Assembly: GCA_043228905.1 (NCBI GenBank)
Contig: JBHGNT010000022.1
Location: forward strand, 4,278,001 to 4,342,000
Length of the DNA: 64,000 nucleotides
Source: Azolla caroliniana
Lineage: Eukaryota; Plantae; Polypodiophyta
Direction of reading: 5' to 3'
Below the pieces are notes generated by a model. It saw only the letters and a list, made by a program, of their open reading frames with translations. It was not told the origin of the DNA and made no database searches. Shown piece after piece: positions 25,240 to 36,345 of the stretch. The position numbers and the translations under genes are program-made. Numbering within the stretch: position 1 is the first letter of the stretch; every line of letters begins with the position of its first letter.

Positions 25240-26260
25240 CAGGTACAACATCGTCCAATCTATATTGCAACTTGCCTAGTACTAGTTTAGTAGACACTAT
25301 ACTTGTAGTACATTGTTGATTGTTAGTATTGTTTGTGTAACTTGGGAATTAGTACTAGTTATGTAATTTGGGAACAAGGTGTATAGTAAATTGCTAAATA
25401 TTATTACAGTTTGTGTAATTTGGAAATGAGGTGTGTCAAACACATCTCACGTTTAGTACTAATACTGTTCAAGATTAATATTGTTGGTGTAATTAGTACT
25501 AGTTACGTAATTAGGTGTGTAGAACACATATCACGTTTAGTATTACTTGTGTGCAAAATACCACGTTAGTACTAAAATCCAATCTACATTTGTTGGATTA
25601 GATGTTAGTCCAATCTATATTACAACGTGCCTAGTACTAGTGTTAGTACACACCATACTTGTACATTGTTGACGATTAGTACTTAGCGAGTAGTACATTG
25701 TTCATGATTAGTACTAGTTTTGTAAATTGGGAACTAAGTGAGTAGTACATTGCTCATGATTAGTACTAGTTTTGTAAATTGGGAACTAAGTGAGTAGTAC
25801 ATTGCTCATGATTAGTACTAGTTTTGTAATTTGGGAACTAAGTGAGTAATACATTGTTCAGGATTAGTACTCCTTGTGTAATTTGGGAACTAAGTGAGTA
25901 GTGCATTGTGCATGATTAGTACTACTTGTGTAAATTGGGAACTAAGTGAGCAGTACATTGTTCATTATTAGTACTACTTCTATTCCTTATTAGTACTAGT
26001 TCAGTAATTTAGGAACTAAGTGAATAGTATATTGTTCAGGATTAGATTATTCATGATTAGTACTATTTGTGTAATTTGGCAACTAAGTGAGTGGTACATT
26101 GTTCATGATTAGTACTCCTTGTGTAATTTGACTAAGTTAGTAGTACATTGTTCATGATTAGTACTACTTGTGTAAATTGGGAACTAAGTGAGTAGTACAT
26201 TGTTCACGATTAGTACTAGTTGTGTAATATGGGAAGTAGGTGTAGCTTAATGAATTAGTA
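25240..26260. repeat. ~52-bp tandem repeats with a TTAGTACTA core, in the intron after the RING exon
   Basis: GTAGTACATTGTTCATGATTAGTACTAGTTTTGTAAATTGGGAACTAAGTGA is repeated from ~25690. Confidence 0.9.
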
Positions 26261-28674
26261 ATGCGGCTCTTGTGACCTACATTGTATATTTTATATCACA
26301 GTACTAACCTTGAAGGTTTTTTGGTTTCTTGCAATGAATGTTGTAGTGTCAAGCAACTCCACGAAAGGGAAGGTAATGGAACAACCGGCCCCTATGCCTA
26401 AACCCTCGGTATCTGCTGAACATTCCAAGGTTCAGGAACCATCATTACCAATAACCTATGAGTTTTATGATGAATATGAATGTATGAGAAGGGCCATTGG
26501 AGCAGTGGAACATATGCTTCTACAAACAAATTCCCCAAGCTCCGGTCAACATCAAAACAATCCAGGTAACACAAATTTTGCCAACATATCTTAATTCTCA
26601 TTTGAGAAAGTGTTGAATGCCTAATTTCTTTAGAAATAGAGCCAACTAAGAAGAGGAATGTTGCAAGAATGTTGTATGGAAAGGGCAAGAAAGGCAAAGT
26701 TGAATGCAATGGTGAGTCATATATGTTCTCACCTGTCCGAAGAGTTGTCAACCTAATGCATTGTCTAATACCATGTACTTGTGTTACTAGCTAATGACGA
26801 AATGATCTTTGGTGAGGGAGATACGAGTCCAAAACGTGATCGTGAAGACGAATTTATCACACTCCCAAGCACACGTCAAAAGCCGGTTTTTGAAAACAAT
26901 GATTTAGATCATAACAACCCTATGATAGTGTTGCTTTTGGTACATTCTATAGATCATAACAACCCTGTTGAGCACTTAGATGTTGTGGAGAAGATGACCG
27001 AGCCTACCACTTGCAATGGGGTATCTACGGCTGTACAGTATGACGGTGTAACAATAGGTAAAAAAGTGGCTCTTAACCCTACGTTCATTGTTGTTGGTAT
27101 GTTTGCAAACTTTTGAGTATGTGAGTTGATACTAATATTCTTTGGAATCCCATTATTTAGGTTTACAAGAGCAGTCTGATTCCCAATTGCAATCAAATGA
27201 ATCGGGAACTATATGGAGCACAAGTGCAGAGTCAAATTCTGGGATTAACCTTTGCACGGAGGCAGACTCTGGAAGCACATCTTCCACACATGAGGACTGT
27301 GCGAAAAATGAAGCATTCATATTTGAAGAGCAGTTGGCATGTACAAACAATAATTTGTCTAAAGAAGCCCATGAGGAGTGTGGAAAGAATATGGCAGGTA
27401 CTGAAGAGAAGACTGATTGTACTGAGAATGTCTCTGTAGTGTCTAAAGAATCCCATGAGGATTGTGGAAAGAACATCGCTAGTACTGAAGAGGAGCCTGA
27501 TTGTACTGAGAATGTGCTAGTAGTGTCTAAAGAATCCCATGAGGATTGTGGAAAGAACATCGTTACTAATGAAGGGAAGCCTACTAGCATCACCCATGAG
27601 GACCAGGCAATAAAGAACACCCAAGAAGGGGAGCACGGTTCTCTTAAGAATGAGGTGATAGCCACCGTACAAGAGGAGTTGACCCAAGAAGAAGAGCACA
27701 GTGGTCTTAAGAATGAGGTGACTATGACCAGCCAAGAGTTCGCTAGGAGTATTGTTGTAGCCCACATACAGGAGCCTGATTGTACTGAGACTGAGCATAC
27801 TAACAACATTTGAGTGATAATTTTTCTATCGATAGTACCTTTGTGGATGTGTGTACAAGCATTGTAGTTGCAGAAAACACAGTTGCACTCTCAAGCTTGC
27901 CACTAGTACAAGGTGCCCGTGCATCCACACCTGTCTCTGATGCCTCTGATGATGAAGTGCCACTTAGTCAGCTGATACCTAAAGGCTTTAAGATAAAGAA
28001 GAATGTAAAATCAGAAGAAACTGGCACCAACAACAAGCGCATTATAAGATCAGCCAAATTGTCCTCTAGTGCCTGATTGTCTTTCGATTGTACTTGAACT
28101 TTAGCTGAACTGTTAGTGATGTCGGAAATTGAACTATTTGGTATACCAAAATACTGTCTCATTTATCTGAAATAATTATACCAGTGTCTTTCGATTGTCT
28201 TTTGATTGTACTTGAACTTTAGCTGAACTGTTAGTGATGTCTGAAATTGAACTATTTGGTATACCAAAATCCAGTAGTTATACCAGTGTGAAATTCTATA
28301 TTGCCAATTGTAGAGAATGAAAATGTATTCTATTGTTAACTCTTGTAGTGTAATCAAAATTTCTATATTGCTAATTCTGAAATGATCTTTGGTGACGGAG
28401 GTATGAATTTATCACACTCCCAAGTACACTCCCATGAAGCCATGATTGTGTTGATTACAAATAAAATTCTATATTGTTAACTGAGATGTTATATACAGTT
28501 CGTTATACCATATGAAGATTTAGAAGACTGGTATATACTGTCATGCAACCGAACTTTACATCAGATGTATGTATCCATCTAACTGAGATACTTTGGGAGA
28601 CTACTATGTATTACTTAATACTTGCAATTGACATTGGGAGACTGCTATGTATTACTTAATACTTGCAATTGACA

Positions 28675-28889
28675 TTAGTACTAAACTAATATGTATATTG
28701 ATACTTGTGTTAGTACTAATATGTATATTGATACTTGCGTTAGTACTAATATGTATATTGATACTTGCGTTAGTACTAATATGTATATTGATACTTGCGT
28801 TAGTACTAATATGTATATTGATACTTGTGTTAGTACTAATATGTATATTGATACTTGCGTTAGTACTAATATGTATATTGATACTTGCG
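28675..28889. repeat. 30-bp tandem repeat, ~7 copies, containing the palindrome TTAGTACTAA
   Basis: TTAGTACTAATATGTATATTGATACTTG(C/T)G units lie between the convergent genes. Confidence 0.95.
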
Positions 28890-30219
28890 AAGTATGGTCT
28901 CCTTGAGTGCACATGGTTAGAGTTGAATAATGACTTGAGTGCACACAATAGAGACTTGATAGTTGAGTAAGTTTGGGCCATATTTAGGCTACTAAATATT
29001 CAAAACTTCACACCTTAAACCATAGAAACAAGCAACTCTATAATTACCATAAACACTGACAATACAGAAGTATTGAAGACTTCACACCTTAAACCATGGA
29101 AACAAGCAACTCTATAATTACCATAAACACTTACAATACAAAATAGTCTCAATACATCAAATATATCGATTCATAATACATAATAGAAGAAAGAGGAATT
29201 ATATCGATTCATTTGTCAATCATCAAAATTAATATATCAATACATCAAATAGTGAACTACAAATGGATGTTTTTTAGTTTTCTGGTACAATGTATTGATA
29301 GGGTGACTTTCAAGCATTAAATAGAGAGACCTCCCCTAATATGTGCTCATGAACCTCTTGGGGGACCTTGTAGACAGTGTTGTATCCCTTAACCTTGTGC
29401 TTTGCTTGAGTCATATTGAATTTGATCGCAAGAATGGCATCAACGTAGATTATTGTGATCGGTGCTTCTTTTAGTAATGCATATGTGTTCTTGCACTGCG
29501 ACAACTTTGCATAATAGTTTCCATACACGACAGACTCACCAAGGTTGAAATTGTTGCCCCAACCATCCCTCACCACTTCTTTCAATAATGTCTTGCCTTG
29601 CTTGCACACCACAATGTATTAGTCTTCTAAATCTTCATTCTGAGGAGATTTGAGCACTGCAATATGATCTCCAACTTCCAATAAAACTGCCAAGTCTTGA
29701 TGTTGGTTGTAGTATATAATATCGTTTGAATGCGCATCCTCTTCAATATCATCTTGTCGTTCAGGCTCAAGCTTCTACAACTTCCAGGGCTCGACGATTG
29801 ATAGGTTGATGCATTTATCCCAAGCTTCATCTATACACATGGAACAAAAGCATGATAAAGTACGAAGTAACAATTGTGTTGTGTCCTTGCGGCTAAACCC
29901 TAATACACAATGGGTATTGCGTGTGCCTTTCACGGTTTTACAACCATATGATTTAGTTCTCTCAACCTCATCAACGCGAACTTCAACAAACAATCTGTTC
30001 TTACCATCATTTGACATCTTCCATGTTAGCCACTGCACAACATCATGTGCATTTTGTAACTTAGCACCATTATTATCCAACTGCTCACTTGTAAGGGCAC
30101 GTTTGATCACAACCCCCGCGCCATCATGCTCTCCTTTTCCATGTCCAGACCCGAAGTAGTTCCATTGCATACGAATGTTGAATAAGGAGAAATACCTGCT
30201 TTTGTATCTCAGGTTTCCA

Positions 30220-33200
30220 ACAAAATTAGTACTATCTTGTCAATCGAGAGTACTACACATCCATTAATACTGATTTAGTACAAATACAAAACAAAGCATA
30301 GCACAACGTATCCATTGAGAACACTCTACACTTATTAAAAGATAAATAGTACTATGTTGTCAACCATGTGAACTTGGCATCCATTAATACTAATTTAGTA
30401 TGGATACAACACAAAGCATAGTACAATGAATTCATGGAAAACACTCTACATGAATTAACAGATAAATAGTACAAACTCTTCAATATCAGATAGTACTATG
30501 TTGTTGACGACGAGTACTTTACATTCATTAATACTGATTTAGTACAGATACAATACACAATACAGTACAATGTGTCCACGGAGAACACAACCCTCCTTAG
30601 AAGATAATTAGTACTACAACACATGTACTTTACATCCCCCAATAAACACTGATTTAGTATAGATACAACACATAGTACAATACAGTGTGCATGGAGAACA
30701 CTCAGCATGGATTAATAGATAAGTAGTACGAACTCTTCAATATAAGACAATACTATGAGTACAAGACATGTACTTTACATCTTCCGATAATTACTGATTT
30801 AGTATAGATACAACACCAAGTACAATACAGTGTGTTCATGGAGAACATTCAACATTGATTAATAGATAATTAATACAAACTCTTCAATCTAGGATAGTAC
30901 TATGAGTAAAAGACATGTACTTTACATCCTTCGATAATTACTTCTTTAGTACAGATACAACACATAGTACAATACAGTGTCCATGGAAAACCCTCAACAT
31001 GGATTAAAAGATAATTAGTACAATTCTCTTAAGTGTCAAGATTTGAACTCTTGACATGACCATGTTATAAATCGAGTGTTATGTGTTAACCACACATCTA
31101 GCATATAATCATGTATATACTTCCTCATTGAGGTTTTAGCTAGCATCATGTGCATAATTTCTCCCTTGTATTATTTACACTTGGCACATGCATGCGTACC
31201 TACTGGCTACATGCTCTATTGTATCACATGCGTGCAGCAGGTATGCATGCCACTTAGTATAAATAGTTGAGTTCACCTTGAAAGAATTCAAGGTGAACAA
31301 CGCCAGTCATGGACATATCAATCTAGTATCCCATTTCACCCGTCCTCTCTCCTTGATCTTCATCTCTATCTTTATGCTCTTGTTCCTCGTGTCATCACTC
31401 CGTCATAGCCTCATCATCCGTGCTCTGTCTTAGTCCGCGCTTGGTGTGTCCATGACAGTTTGTTCACCTTCCAACTAGAAGCATCACCCGTCTCCGTCAT
31501 TGCCCTTGCTTCTAGAGTTACCATAGTCACCGTACCATCATCAACATCGCTTCATTTCCTATCTTCCTCGCCATTTCTATCTCCTAGTTTCTTCTCATCA
31601 TTTTCATTGGCTTTTAGTTTCTCCTCATCATTGTCTCTATTTTTTAGTTTCTTTCCCGTTTGTGTTCGTGTTCTAGTTCCCGGTGAGGGCCGCACAAGGC
31701 CGCTCACTCCCGTTGGTGTTCGTGTTCCAGTTCCCGGCGAGGTCCGCACAAGGCCTCTCACTCCCATTGGTGTTCGTGTTACAATTCCTGGTGAGGGCCG
31801 CATGGTCGCTCACACTCGTTCATGTTCCTAATCCCGGTGAGGGCCGCACATGGCCGTTCACTCTCGTTCATGTTCATGTTCCTAGTGAGGGCGGCATGGT
31901 CGCTCAATCCCATTCGTGTTCCAATCTCCGGTGACAACCGCACATGGTTGCTTACTCCAACTATTGTTCGTGTTCTAGATCCCGGTGAGGACCGACATGG
32001 TCACTCATGCCCGTTGTTGTTCATGTTCCAGTTCCCGGTGAGGACCACACATGGTCGATTACTCCCGTTCGTGTTCCTGTTCCCGGTGAGGGCCACATGG
32101 TCGCTCACTCGTTCGTGTTCCATTTCTCGGTGAGGACAACATGGTTGCTCATGCTCGTTGGTGTTCGTGTTCCAACTCTCAGCGAGGACCGTTCCAGTTC
32201 CCGGCAAGGACCCCACATGGTCACTCATGCCCCTTGGTGTTCATGCTCCCCGTGAGGACCGCACATGGTCGCTCACACCCGTTCATATTTGTGTTCTAGT
32301 CCTAGGCGAGGACCACACATGGTCGCTCATGCCCGTTGGTGTTAAATACCTCATCTTGTGGAAGGGTTACTCCTTGTCTAGGATTTACAAAATACTTTGG
32401 AGGTGATCTAAGACATTCATCAACAATATCCCCTTAAGCCGACAAACAATTTGGGAAGGCATCGTTGGAGGGGGGATAATGTCAAGATTCAAACTCTTGA
32501 CATGACCATGTTATAAATCGAGTGTTATGTGTTAACCACACATCTAGCATATAATCATGTATATACTTCCTCATTGAGGTTTTAGCTAGCATCATGTGCA
32601 TAATTTCTCCCTTGATTTACACTTGGCACATGCATGCGTACCTACTGGCTACATGCTCTATTGTATCACATGCATGCGTACCTACTGGCTACATGCTCTA
32701 TTGTATCACATGCGTGCAGCAGGTATGCATGCCACTTAGTATAAATAGTTGAGTTCACCTTGAAGGAATTCAAGGTGAACAACGCCAATCATGGACATAT
32801 CAATCTAGTATTCCCATTTCGCCCATCCTCTCTCCTTGATCTTCATCTCTATCTTTATGCTCTTGTTCCTCGTGTCATCGCTCCGTCATAGCCTCATCAT
32901 CCGTGCTCTGTCTTAGTCCGCGCTTGGTGTGTCCATGACATTAAGGACGGTCAATACTATGAGTACAAGTTGAGTAAATACTGATTTAGTACAGATACAA
33001 CACACAACATAGTACAATGTGTCTATGAAGAACACTTCATATGGATTAGAAGATGATTAGTACAATTCTCTTAAGGACAGACAATACTATGAATACAAGA
33101 CGAGTACTTTACATCCTTCAGTAAATATTGATTTAGTACAAATAGAACATACAACATAGTACAATGTGTCTATGGAGAACACTTCACATGGATTAAAAGA

Positions 33201-33740
33201 TAATTAGTACAATTCTCTTAAGGATGGACAATACTATGAGTACAAGACGAGTACTTTACATCCTTCTGTAAACACAACATAGTACAGATACAACACACAA
33301 CATAGTACAATGTATCTATGGAGAACACTTCACATGGATTAAAGATAATTAGTACATTTCTCTTAAGGACGGACAATACTATAGAGTACAATACGAGTAC
33401 TTTACATTCTTCAGTAAATACTGATTTAGTAAAGATACAACACACAACATAGTACACTTTGTCTATGGAGAACACTTCACATGGATTAAAAGATAATAAA
33501 CACAGATTCACGTGACAACATAGTACTATTTGATCAATCAAGAATAGTTAACTTAGTTACAAACAAAATTAGTATGCATGCATCCATGTGAATAGTGTTG
33601 TGTTCGAATAGTTACAAACATAATTAGTATGCATCCATGTGAATAGTATTGTGTCTAAATAGTTACAAACATAATTAGTATGCATGCACTAACACAAGAA
33701 TTACTTCCTTACACATTGCATGATAAGTACTAAACATATG
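30220..33740. repeat. Degenerate ~120-bp AGTAC-rich tandem repeats in the large transposase intron
   Basis: Recurring ACTGATTTAGTACAGATACAACAC..GGAGAACACT..ATAATTAGTAC, interrupted by an LTR element. Confidence 0.8.
31034..32940 (+). mobile_element. Non-autonomous LTR element (TRIM/LARD-like, 1.9 kb)
   Basis: LTRs 31034-31457 and 32480-32940 (TG..CA); TSD TTAAG; PPT GGAGGGGGGATAA. Internal ~50-bp repeats and a chromodomain-like remnant VKYLILWKGY. Confidence 0.88.
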
Positions 33741-35529
33741 GATTAAAAATTACCTGGCGATAAAGTAGAACGATTGTGCTGCCTTAAACTGCGAGGTAGC
33801 ACCATCAGACCAAACCCAATGATGGTTAAAGGTTAACCCTAGAGACAATAAATTTGCATGGTGAAGCTTAAAACAATGTCGAACAAATAGTGTATCATGC
33901 TTTTTATCATCTGAAATGTAAAATAATGATTTCTTATGTAACTCACCGTCTTGCCTCCAATAGCAAATATGTACAAGTATTGTACATTGATCATTGTACC
34001 AATGCATTGATTGAACCTCATTTTGAACTTTAAATGTATAATTTTCTGCAAAGTCAATAACGGATACGATTACACCCGTTGGTAAGTTATTAATACATTC
34101 CTTGAACTGTGAATTTTGCCAATAACTCCGGAAGTTATGTGGAATGAACTCCCCAAGTTGTTTCTTAAATTCTGAGACAAGGGTAGCAACACATGTCTCC
34201 TTATATACTTCCTTGATATGCTTAGTTACAAGTCCCTTGCCAATATTTTCAGTCACATACTCTAAATATTTCCATTTCACAATATGACTGTTTTCCAAAT
34301 CAAGCTCCTGCCTACAAAATAATGGTAGCGGACAAACCTTACATGTTCTTAATAGACATGTACGACGATGCCACTCACATGATGGTTCATAGCTCAAAAA
34401 CGGATGCATAAGTCATGTTTCGTGCATTACACCTATTATCCTCCCCATTTGGTCTACAAACCTCACAAGTGCAGACACATAATTCCCCGTGTATACCCTT
34501 AGAATCAATACGCATTGCATTCACTCCTAGCCTTAACATGTCCATCTTCATGTGGTACACACAACAACATGTATTCCTCTCATTTAATTTTCTAATATAA
34601 AACGGTTTCACACCTTGGAACTTGTGGAATCCAACAGTCAAGCTTGGATTTTGGTCTTTAAAGTTCATGTACAATTCAGCCTACATCAACCAATATATAT
34701 AGTAAACATTAATATACACTTGGTCAAAACACAAATTTATGGAATGTGAATTGATATAAAAAAATGGAATACCTCTGTCATCTCCAAGAAGTGTCTAGGG
34801 TGAATCTGGTACTTACCCTGACTTATTCGTTGTCTACACACGTCCTTCTTATTTGGTGAGACACGCGTATTTTTGGCCCAAAATGAATCCACTTTCTCAA
34901 TAATCTCTTGAGATAAGGCATCACATTGTCGTTTTCGTCCCAACCCCAACCACTTGAATTGGCTTGAGTGTATATTTCGGCGATGTTTCCTCAAGTTCCT
35001 TCTTTGAATACCCAGGGCTAAGGCAACTTTAGTATCACTATATTTTTTTTCTCTCGCACCATTCACAACCATGTGTAGGGCTGCCCTCTTTGCAGCAAGT
35101 TTGTCTATGCTCTCTACACCTTTCACTAAGTCTAGGGATGACTTCATAGACTCTACAATCTCTTCTGAAACACATTGGTCCCTAAATTTTATTCTCTCCA
35201 TGTCTTCATTCAAACGTTGATGGTGTAACACTCTACATATAATATCCCTATGATCCTCTTCACTAAATCTCTTCGTTATTTCTACCAAATAACGGACTAT
35301 GTGAAGAACCACCCGTCTCTTGGTCCTTTCAGATATACATGAGTTACTTGACAACTCACTCTCGTTGGGGACCCCCATTTGGTCACTAGATTTATCCAAA
35401 AAAAGTAAGTGTCCGGTGAGAGTAGTTAATGTGATATAGACTACACTAAGAAAACACAGTCAACTGTTTTTAAATGTGGCCTGCAAAGTGAGAAATAATT
35501 CGTTTCGAACATTAGAATTACGAATCAAA

Positions 35530-36345
35530 TATGACAATTGTAAAATCTAAAAATTTAGTACTGAAAAATGAAGAAATGAAAAAATTTAGTCCTCAAAATA
35601 AAAAAATGGATGGAAGGAACCTCCAATGGTGGCGGGAGCGTTGATTTAGTGTGATATGCCACCTCGATTTGCTGGAAGGAACCTCCAATGGTGGAGGCAC
35701 GACGTACAAATTTGACAATTGTAAAATCTAAAAATTTAGTCCTGAAAAATGAAGAAATGAAAAATTTTAGTCTTGAAAATAAAAAAATGGATGGAAGGAA
35801 CCTCCAATGATGGCGGGAGCATTGATTCAATGTGATATGCCACCTCGATTTGCTGGAAGGAACCTCCAATGGTGGAGGCACGACTTACAAATTTGACAAT
35901 TGTAAAATCTAAAAATTTAGTACTGAAAAATGAAGAAATGAAAAATTTTAGTCTTGAAAATAAAAAATTGGATGGAAGGAACCTCCAATGGTGGCGGGAG
36001 CGTTGATTCAGTGTGATATGCCACCTCGATTTGCTGGAAGGAACCTCCAATGGTGGAGGCACGACGTACAAATTTGACAATTGTAAAATCTAAAAATTTA
36101 GTACTGAAAAATGAAGAAATGAAAAATTTTAGTCTTGAAAATAAAAAATTGGATGGAAGGAACCTCCAATGGTGGCGGGAGCGTTGATTCTGTGTGATAT
36201 GCCACCTCGATTTGCTGGATTGAACCTCCAATGGTGGAGGGCGCCTTGAATCTTTGTGATATGCCGCCTTGATTTAGTGGAAGGAACCTCCAATGGTGGA
36301 GGGCGCCTTGAATCTTTGTGATATGCCGCCTGGATTCGGTGGAAG
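35530..36345. repeat. ~181-bp tandem repeat (~4 copies) plus ~58-bp subunits upstream of the transposase CDS
   Basis: TGACAATTGTAAAATCTAAAAATTTAGT recurs at ~35532, 35713, 35893 and 36074; GGAAGGAACCTCCAATGGTGG subunits. Confidence 0.9.

Larger units (their letters stand above)
22327..28076 (+). pseudogene. Accessory gene of element 2: coiled coil + RING-like finger + acidic 28-aa repeats
   Basis: Coiled-coil ORF 24203-24736. RING exon ~24814-24998 (RCIFCGLG..CLHTYHVLC..C) is homologous to that of element 1. Further exons lie from 26347 and at 27161-28076 (SKESHEDCGKN repeats; SDDEVPLSQL plus basic tail). Disrupted by a LINE insert and a frameshift. The start is uncertain. Confidence 0.6.
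29310..35378 (-). pseudogene. Sola2-like DDD transposase of element 2, spliced and disrupted
   Basis: Exons ~35378-34773, 34680-33754 and 30195-29310. Motifs DFAENY, WSDGATSQFK, GHGKGEHDGAG and SCFCSMC. Frameshift near 34400 and stops at ~29775 and ~29620. Confidence 0.85.

Noticed and set aside
28647-28981. ORFs with LICILILALV / SINIHISTNA repeats
   Set aside because: These are translation artefacts of the 30-bp tandem repeat, which is open in several frames.
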